From: a virus
Taxonomy: Duplodnaviria > Caudoviricetes
Length of the DNA: 43,265 bases
Strand: one strand, 5' to 3'
IMG/VR virus record: IMGVR_UViG_3300025288_000038
Coordinates: 1 to 43,265 of that record
Part shown: positions 37,123 to 43,265 of the stretch, one piece after another
Numbering within the stretch: position 1 is the stretch's first letter
Layout: each line of letters opens with the position of its first letter
Notes under the pieces: model-generated
Seen by the model: the letters and a program-made list of their open reading frames with translations, nothing else
Database searches by the model: none
Told to the model about the DNA's origin: nothing
Program-made: the position numbers and the translations under genes

Positions 37123-37835
37123 GCCCGCGCTGTCCCCTCCCCCACGTACTGCTTGTCGACAATAACATAGTGGCCCTTGCCGCGACCCTCCCAGTTCCAC
37201 GGGATACCCTTCGAGTCCAGAAAGTTGGTAACTTTCTTGAGCTCGATGTCGTCCTTGCAGTAGAACTCGACGCGGGGCTTGCCGAAGATTTCTTTCTCGC
37301 GCATCTTGGTACTGAGGGCCTTAAGGTCGATCATAGACACCTTGGCCGCGGACTCATCGATCAGCTTCATCTCGCTACCGTCCCCGTCATAGTACGCCCG
37401 CTTGACGCTATCAGCCGGATATCCGTTGTCTCGTGCAAAGTCCTTAGCTTCTTGTTCAGTATTAAAAAGCCCAGCACCGGGTTCCCCGTTCTTGCCAACC
37501 ACGCACCAGCCTTCGCCAGCTTCGCGGTCCTCGTCGAACAAACTTTCATTGGTTTTGTAGTTTTCGCCGTCCGGGGTCTCTGCTACGGAATAGACAGCGA
37601 TGATGTCCTTGCCTTGGATCACCTCATCCACGTCATCCAAATCGATCATATCGAACGGATTGGTGAAATCCGAATTGTATTGCTCCACCCAGACCAGGGC
37701 AGCCTCCCGAGTATCGAACGAGTTCTCAATACCACCGTACATAGCACCACTGTCGGCCATGACGTAGAACTTGTTAGGGTCAACGTCGACCCCAAGGTCA
37801 GGTACGAACATTTCGGTTTGCTTTCCTTTACTCAC
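37119..37835 (-). CDS. Acidic modular putative internal head protein
   Basis: Small domains separated by TNES and IDES; likely GTG start at 37835 with AAGGA RBS. Confidence 0.65.
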   Translation of the reverse strand: MSKGKQTEMFVPDLGVDVDPNKFYVMADSGAMYGGIENSFDTREAALVWVEQYNSDFTNPFDMIDLDDVDEVIQGKDIIAVYSVAETPDGENYKTNESLFDEDREAGEGWCVVGKNGEPGAGLFNTEQEAKDFARDNGYPADSVKRAYYDGDGSEMKLIDESAAKVSMIDLKALSTKMREKEIFGKPRVEFYCKDDIELKKVTNFLDSKGIPWNWEGRGKGHYVIVDKQYVGEGTARA

Positions 37836-37907
37836 TTGATTTCCTTTCAATAATTAATTGTATAGCTACCTTCGTTAAACATCAGGCGGGTAAATTAACT
37901 AGACCCG

Positions 37908-38270
37908 TTACAAACTGCTTATGAAGTTAGTAACCGCTTGGTTGACATGGCACACTGAACCGTCTGGATAGTGAATGTACAGGTCCCCAGAGTACCGGGC
38001 GTAGATGCCTAGCTTGTAGGTACGTACCCGCAGCTCTGCAGGAGTATCTTCAAGTAGTGTCTTCAGGTACTCGGAAACGCGGACTCCCTTCTGGTAGTCT
38101 TCCCCGGTCTTAGGTACGTTGTGTACCTCCGGGGCGTTGTATCCCGCCAGCCGGACCCGGATTCGATGGGTCACCCGGAACCCGACGTCTACATCAAGGT
38201 CGACAGTATCTCCGTCGACCACCTTGACTAACACGCAGTGGTATAGGTACAGGGAACTATTTGTGTTCAT
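37908..38270 (-). CDS. Staphylococcal-nuclease (SNase)-like protein
   Basis: KVVDGDTVD..VDVGF.....RVRLAG.NAPE and G.Y.RY motifs. Confidence 0.88.
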   Translation of the reverse strand: MNTNSSLYLYHCVLVKVVDGDTVDLDVDVGFRVTHRIRVRLAGYNAPEVHNVPKTGEDYQKGVRVSEYLKTLLEDTPAELRVRTYKLGIYARYSGDLYIHYPDGSVCHVNQAVTNFISSL

Positions 38271-38667
38271 AAGAGCATTTCCTTTCAGTGTAGCGCGCCA
38301 ACACAACAGCTACGGCCGCCAGTACGAGTAGGTCGATCGTCTGTATAGCCAACCATGGCATGGCCGAGCACATATGTAGTAAAACTACTGCAAACATGGA
38401 CCCTGAGATAGCAGTACTCTGGCGTCGTTGGAGGGACCTCCTATCGTATCGGACACCCCACAGTAAGAGCCCAGAAAACATGATAATGGTACTGGCCGCG
38501 AAGAAAGACAACATGTTAACGACCACCGACCACCCAGAGTTGACCAACTCTCCGAGGAGCAAACCAATAGCCAGCGACAAGATAGCCACGGTAACAGTAT
38601 CTAAGCATGCGCACCAACGGTGAAACATGCTGTGGAGTACCTTTTGCGTATGCGGGGCGTATATCAT
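38257..38667 (-). CDS. Multi-pass membrane protein
   Basis: About four hydrophobic segments in 136 aa. Confidence 0.65.
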   Translation of the reverse strand: MIYAPHTQKVLHSMFHRWCACLDTVTVAILSLAIGLLLGELVNSGWSVVVNMLSFFAASTIIMFSGLLLWGVRYDRRSLQRRQSTAISGSMFAVVLLHMCSAMPWLAIQTIDLLVLAAVAVVLARYTERKCSYEHK

Positions 38668-38903
38668 GGATTAATCCCGGGAGTAATATGTAGCCACTGG
38701 TGCTCTAGGTTATCCACCTTGGCGTTCAGGTTGACTACTTCTTTTTGGAGGGAAGACACCGCCGCCTGAAGGGGTGCCACTTGAGACGCCACATAAAAAC
38801 CTAACATGGCTACTACCGCGCCCACGAACAATTTCCAACTAATTGAAATGCCACACTTGTCAACAGTTATGTCATCTCCCATGTCATTCCCCGGGGTTGC
38901 CAT
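38664..38903 (-). CDS. Single-pass membrane protein with coiled coil (holin/spanin-like candidate)
   Basis: TM segment WKLFVGAVVAMLGFYV followed by heptads VSSLQKEVVNLNAKVDNLE. Confidence 0.65.
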   Translation of the reverse strand: MATPGNDMGDDITVDKCGISISWKLFVGAVVAMLGFYVASQVAPLQAAVSSLQKEVVNLNAKVDNLEHQWLHITPGINP

Positions 38904-39008
38904 ACGTCACCCAGACAAGTAACGATTGACAGATGGCTACGCGATCCAATTTTAGCATAGTTAGTGGCTATTTGTGGTACACAGAAAAGGTTTACACTTC
39001 AACCACCG

Positions 39009-39257
39009 CTACACCACCCTGGGCAGTACCCCAAACAGTCGGTACAGCACCCGCTCCTTGAGGGTAGCGTACCTCGCTCTCCCCACCCCGTCTGTCAGTA
39101 GCAGTCCGTCCGCTTTGCGCACGTGCACATCCAGCATGTCAAGCTGATGCGCTAACTCCAGTAACATGTGCTTTGCCGTGGCCTGGAGGGGGTCTTTGCC
39201 GTAGGAAAGGAGACGCGCAATTTCTCGCGCCTTGAGCGTTAGTTCGTCGGTGACCAC
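39009..39257 (-). CDS. Hypothetical protein
   Basis: GGAG RBS 8 nt before GTG 39257; better supported than the track's TTG at 39338. Confidence 0.6.
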   Translation of the reverse strand: MVTDELTLKAREIARLLSYGKDPLQATAKHMLLELAHQLDMLDVHVRKADGLLLTDGVGRARYATLKERVLYRLFGVLPRVV

Positions 39258-39418
39258 GTTAGCTTCTCCACGTTGTAATTTGGACCGGGTAGAGTCGCCC
39301 ACGTCCGGCGTAAAGTTAGCCGGGAGCTTCCAGCCCAAAAACCCGGTCTACTATGCTCTTCATCGCATGTCTTTCTGTTAGTATTCAACCGTTGGTTTTA
39401 CGTAGTTAGCCCGACCCG

Positions 39419-39709
39419 TTATGTCGTCATCTTGTCCGTCAGCCGCTGGCCCCGGGCACGACGCTCGGCATGCGCGGCCGCCCACGCTTCTTCGCTCAAA
39501 ACACACCAAAGGTCGCGAGCAACCCTAACGTGTTTGGTAATGTCGTGAAACGCTATACGCCCAAACTGTACAAACCCAGTTTCATTCCAGTGCTTCGCTA
39601 TAGCAAAGTCGCCAGAGTTCATTCGAACCCCCTCTAGTTTTCCGCCGTAATCTACGGCCTGCGTTTCCATGTAGAGCAACAGGCTTTTTTCTTCTTTAGT
39701 CAATTCCAT
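39419..39709 (-). CDS. Hypothetical protein
   Basis: GAGG RBS plus ATG 39709 (MELTKEEKSLLLY...). Confidence 0.75.
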   Translation of the reverse strand: MELTKEEKSLLLYMETQAVDYGGKLEGVRMNSGDFAIAKHWNETGFVQFGRIAFHDITKHVRVARDLWCVLSEEAWAAAHAERRARGQRLTDKMTT

Positions 39710-39723
39710 TTTGTTTTCCTCTG

Positions 39724-39945
39724 TTAGTATTCGTCGCTGCCAGATAACGTACTCTCGAACGCCATGAGCATCGCCCGTACGCACTCGCTGTGGATTTCGG
39801 CCCACTGTCTATACGCCGCCTCGCGCTCCTCGTAGCTTACGGGTTGGCTAAGTATAGAGGGGTCCTTACCTGGGGCCATGTACCCGCTCATGATGCGGAA
39901 AGCTTCCGCCTGTATATCGAACTTGGTGATTTCGCTTAGTTTCAT
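39724..39945 (-). CDS. Hypothetical protein
   Basis: 73 aa, AGGA RBS. Confidence 0.7.
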   Translation of the reverse strand: MKLSEITKFDIQAEAFRIMSGYMAPGKDPSILSQPVSYEEREAAYRQWAEIHSECVRAMLMAFESTLSGSDEY

Positions 39946-39975
39946 ATTGTTCCTAGGGCCAGCGATAGTTATCAG

Positions 39976-40128
39976 CTAGCTGTACTGTTGACTTAAGTAC
40001 TGGACGCGCGTCTCAGTCTCCCGGTGAAATTTCAACTTGTACTGCACCCTAACCCTCGAGGATTGAACCCAACAAGCAAGGTACAGTTTGTTGTAGTGCC
40101 GGTTTTCTTCCCACCACCGGGTGCCCAT
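39976..40128 (-). CDS. Possible small protein (50 aa)
   Basis: MGTRWWEENRHYNKLYLACW... fills the gap after the ligase; weak RBS. Confidence 0.3.
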   Translation of the reverse strand: MGTRWWEENRHYNKLYLACWVQSSRVRVQYKLKFHRETETRVQYLSQQYS

Positions 40129-40153
40129 TTGTAGAACCCCAGTGTGAGGATGC

Positions 40154-41530
40154 TCATTCTGGCATCCTCACGGCATCGGCGAATTGTCTCAAGACGGACT
40201 CAAGGGAGTCGGCCTCCGACTTATCGGTCCGAAACTCCACAAATCGGGGCAAATAGAGGGAATGGGTATTGCTCTTACCAGACGGCTCGGTAACCGAGTT
40301 GGCCTTCACCGTCATCACCGTCCCCGACTGGACCATACCCTCCAGCTGGGTGAACACCAGCGGTACCTCTTCCTGCTTAAACCCGGACACGGGGATGTTG
40401 ACCTCCAGTAGGTCGTCAGAGGTACGGGCCACGATCGACCCAAAGTAGTTCTTGTTCTTGCCGGTGCCGGGGTTCCATCCCGCTACCTTCAAGTCGACGT
40501 CAACCTCCAGCTTGAACTTCACTTGGAACGGATTGTCACCATCCCGGTAGACCGCCTCGGGATGTTTTAGGATAGTACCCTCCAGTCCCTGGGCCAGCAC
40601 AGTCCTCAAATGGACCTGGGCCTCGGTGCGGGAATAGACCAACTTGGTCTCCACCACAGATATGGCATTAGAGCCCCCGGCTCCCAGGAACGACTTTATG
40701 TAACCGAAGCGAACTCGGTAGGGAGAGTCACATGACCCGCCTGGGTTAGCGCACGTTAGGGGGATGGCGTCCCAAACGTGGAACACTATCTTATGGCCCT
40801 CAGGTAGCGCCCCACCATGCTGCAGCTTCCTGAGGATACCATTACCGTCCTTGCGGGATAGGATAACGCCGTTCTTACTGATGAGTGCCTCCCCGTGCAT
40901 TCGGTAACCCCCTAACAAACGGGCCTCGTTCAGTATTTCCTCGAACGGGGCTATCGGGAACAGCTGCCCCTTTCGGGAGGTCACTTGACATCGGTCCATT
41001 GAGGGGTGAACATCCACATTTAGGAACTGTCCGTCGGCCTTCAGCTGGGAATACACCCCCTGCGACCACGGGAACGTGCCGAGGTCAGCCTGGGATTCGG
41101 TTACGCACCGCATATAAGGGAACTCCGGAATCAGGTTTGGGATCGCCTTGTTGATGATGGAGTCGCCTATTCCGGCGCGGAGGTCCTTCTTGAGGATGCG
41201 GGCGAGGAGGTATCGAGAGGATTCGGTCAGGGAACCGAGAGCGATGGCGATCTGGCGCTGAGCCTCATTACCGACGAGCGTCCGGGCTATCAGGGCATCC
41301 AGCGTTGCCCAGTGGTACCACTGAATCTCGAGATTGTTGAAGATTTGGGGTTCGGGCTCGGGAATGACTTCGACACCAAACCGAAGAAACGGGTCATAGG
41401 CGTAGCGGAGTACCCGGGCGAACTCGTCCCCGTGCTGGGAGTAACCAAACCGGATGAGGTCCTCCTTATCGATGCGAGACGGGTTGGCGGCGATCTGGTC
41501 GATCAAGGCGAAAATACTGTCGGAACTCAT
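40154..41530 (-). CDS. ATP-dependent DNA ligase, T4 gp30-like
   Basis: KDLRAG, motif I KADG, HGE, WD, EGTILK, KFK and LPRF...RTDK motifs. Confidence 0.96.
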   Translation of the reverse strand: MSSDSIFALIDQIAANPSRIDKEDLIRFGYSQHGDEFARVLRYAYDPFLRFGVEVIPEPEPQIFNNLEIQWYHWATLDALIARTLVGNEAQRQIAIALGSLTESSRYLLARILKKDLRAGIGDSIINKAIPNLIPEFPYMRCVTESQADLGTFPWSQGVYSQLKADGQFLNVDVHPSMDRCQVTSRKGQLFPIAPFEEILNEARLLGGYRMHGEALISKNGVILSRKDGNGILRKLQHGGALPEGHKIVFHVWDAIPLTCANPGGSCDSPYRVRFGYIKSFLGAGGSNAISVVETKLVYSRTEAQVHLRTVLAQGLEGTILKHPEAVYRDGDNPFQVKFKLEVDVDLKVAGWNPGTGKNKNYFGSIVARTSDDLLEVNIPVSGFKQEEVPLVFTQLEGMVQSGTVMTVKANSVTEPSGKSNTHSLYLPRFVEFRTDKSEADSLESVLRQFADAVRMPE

Positions 41531-41539
41531 TTGGTGCTC

Positions 41540-42088
41540 CTACTTAAGGACGGTGGTAAGGGCCCGAAAGAACGCGTTTACAAGGGCAGAACGGACCCCG
41601 GGGTCTGTTCCGTAGGAGATAGCCGGGCGTATCGGGGCAGGGCGGGGCGTGATACCGATCCCGTACCAGCGGATGAACTCCGGGTAAGTGGCGTACCGAT
41701 ACCCGGGTCGCAGGTAGTTGGACCACTCAATCGGGACTTGGAAACGGAGGGTCTCGATGTCCCTTACATGCAGGTGCCGGCGGACCCGGTTATACACCAC
41801 AAAAGCTGAATCGTGAGTAAGTGAAGTGCCCAAAAAGGGACCCACACTCGCGATGAAGTTCGACTCCTGACAAACAGGGTAGCCCAGCTCCCGCGCTGCT
41901 TTTAGTACTTGTACATAATCGGGCCTTTCGACGGCCTTGGCAGTGACATAAACGAACGACTCCACATCGGTTCTCGTGAGTAGCACTGAAACACGGTCGA
42001 TATACTGCCAGTCACTCGCAAACCACCAATTCTGATACGCCAAAATCTTAGCTGCACTGTATGTATGAGCCAAAATATAAACTGTCAT
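41540..42088 (-). CDS. Hypothetical protein
   Basis: 182 aa, AGGGG RBS. Confidence 0.65.
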   Translation of the reverse strand: MTVYILAHTYSAAKILAYQNWWFASDWQYIDRVSVLLTRTDVESFVYVTAKAVERPDYVQVLKAARELGYPVCQESNFIASVGPFLGTSLTHDSAFVVYNRVRRHLHVRDIETLRFQVPIEWSNYLRPGYRYATYPEFIRWYGIGITPRPAPIRPAISYGTDPGVRSALVNAFFRALTTVLK

Positions 42089-42097
42089 GTTATCCCC

Positions 42098-42271
42098 TTA
42101 CCACCATTGTTTGATATCTTCGTCCGCAGCCAACTCCGGGTTCTCCGGGTACTCGGACATGTGCTCCCCGCATATGGCACGGGCTACCCGAACGGCCATC
42201 GTGGACTCCTTCACGCTGCCCGACGCCAACAGTCTCTCTGCACACTTGGACACCCAATCTTCCTCGTTCAT
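42098..42271 (-). CDS. Small hypothetical protein (57 aa)
   Basis: Below the track cutoff: MNEEDWVSKCAERL...NPELAADEDIKQWW*, AGGGGG RBS, fits the gap exactly. Confidence 0.7.
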   Translation of the reverse strand: MNEEDWVSKCAERLLASGSVKESTMAVRVARAICGEHMSEYPENPELAADEDIKQWW

Positions 42272-42279
42272 GGTACCCC

Positions 42280-42525
42280 CTAACTGCCAACCAACGTACC
42301 GCCTTTGGACTTAATCAAGTGTACCAGTCGAGATTGCAACTTGTTGGCTTCCTTCGCGCTCATGATTCCCTCCACGCTAATCCACGAGTCGCTGAGCGGG
42401 CAGCAGGAGCAAGAGCGCTCGTGATCCTTGTCCATCGGCATCCACCAGAACTTATCGTTGATGATCAATATTTTTTTGGGTTTGGCCACGAATGTTATCG
42501 TGATCACGCGTTTAGTAGTAATCAT
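42280..42525 (-). CDS. Hypothetical protein
   Basis: 81 aa, ATGA overlap with the upstream gene. Confidence 0.6.
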   Translation of the reverse strand: MITTKRVITITFVAKPKKILIINDKFWWMPMDKDHERSCSCCPLSDSWISVEGIMSAKEANKLQSRLVHLIKSKGGTLVGS

Positions 42526-42803
42526 AGTGCCCCCATGGCGTAGTCTTGCAGTTGTTGTAGCACTCTGTTCGCGGGTATGGTGTCACCGCGATCACGGAGG
42601 GCCGTGTCGGCAGCACTCAGAAGGTTGATCACCTGCTGCTTGCGGCTAGTAGTATACTTGGGGGATGCCCCGTCCACCTTATAGCATAGCGTAGTACCCT
42701 CGTGTGTCGAGATTGTAATCTCTACAGCACAACCTTCTGCCATGCCTTGGGCCAAAATAAGGAGGGCACCCTCCCCGTCAATAGTTAGTGCTTTGGTATC
42801 CAT
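42522..42803 (-). CDS. Hypothetical protein
   Basis: 93 aa, GAGG RBS, first gene after a TATAAT box. Confidence 0.7.
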   Translation of the reverse strand: MDTKALTIDGEGALLILAQGMAEGCAVEITISTHEGTTLCYKVDGASPKYTTSRKQQVINLLSAADTALRDRGDTIPANRVLQQLQDYAMGAL

Positions 42804-42844
42804 GTGTTCCTCTTGATTAGTGGTTGGTTGTGGATCGAGTTATT

Positions 42845-42875
42845 ATTATACCCCATCGCCAAGAAGTTCACTCGC
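42845..42875 (-). promoter_or_regulatory. Putative sigma70-type promoter
   Basis: Perfect TATAAT (42850-42845) about 40 nt before ATG 42803; no clear -35. Confidence 0.55.
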
Positions 42876-43001
42876 TGCTATCAGCTTACCAACCAATGCC
42901 TATGCGACGCTTATGGGTTTGCTAAAACTCTTGCCATCGTTGGGCATTCAACTAGTCAACGCTACTGACCCGCCTCAGGAATGCGAAGTCCACCCTAGAT
43001 A

Positions 43002-43265
43002 TTAGTGTCTCGCCCACAGCGTACGGGCGGCCCAACAGCAAGAAATAACGCCCCCCAAATACTCGTTGCCGGGGAAGCGGGACACTGTTGTTATTGGTGC
43101 TAGGAGCACCTTGACGGCGGGACGGTTAGCGGGAAGCGTCCGGACCACTCGTAGGATGGCATTGACGTCGTCGACGGAAGCCTTTTTAGAGGTATCATTG
43201 ACCGTACTTATAAGGCCCTCAGGGCGTATAGACGGAATTCTTGGTACAGTCAGCAAACTCGTCGA
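43002..43265 (-). CDS. 3' end of a hypothetical gene (starts outside the window)
   Basis: Only minus frame that stays open from the window edge to 43002. Confidence 0.4.
   Translation of the reverse strand, partial: STSLLTVPRIPSIRPEGLISTVNDTSKKASVDDVNAILRVVRTLPANRPAVKVLLAPITTVSRFPGNEYLGGVISCCWAARTLWARH

Noticed and set aside
42090-42290. Track ORF MAVRGYHERG...
   Set aside because: The overlapping frame 42098-42271 has a better RBS and start and fits the gap exactly.

Overview
The window is a segment of a large tailed phage with T4-like (myovirus, contractile-tail) structural genes, read almost entirely on the minus strand. From right to left: small early-type genes, ATP-dependent DNA ligase, two membrane proteins, an SNase-like nuclease, prohead core/scaffold-type proteins, portal, prohead protease, major capsid, neck proteins with two SWIM-like zinc proteins, tail sheath, tube, chaperone, tape measure with a C-terminal muramidase-like domain, hub, a two-gene spike, baseplate wedge proteins, a DUF4815-like protein and tail fibres. 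A ~4.7-kb plus-strand island of early-type genes (DUF2786-, DUF6011- and DUF932-like, plus a small protein with an SSB-type DDIPF tail) interrupts the head operon and has two copies of a shared promoter motif. The most striking signal is a ~510-nt non-coding stretch directly after the capsid gene (29638-30148). By hand it folds on the minus strand into a closed multi-helix structure with G-U wobbles and is followed by an intrinsic terminator, so it is a candidate large structured ncRNA. Also notable is a likely +1 frameshift (UUU_UUU_CGU) joining the tail chaperone to a gp51-like ORF. Family names come from motif recognition and gene order; no database search or folding program was run.
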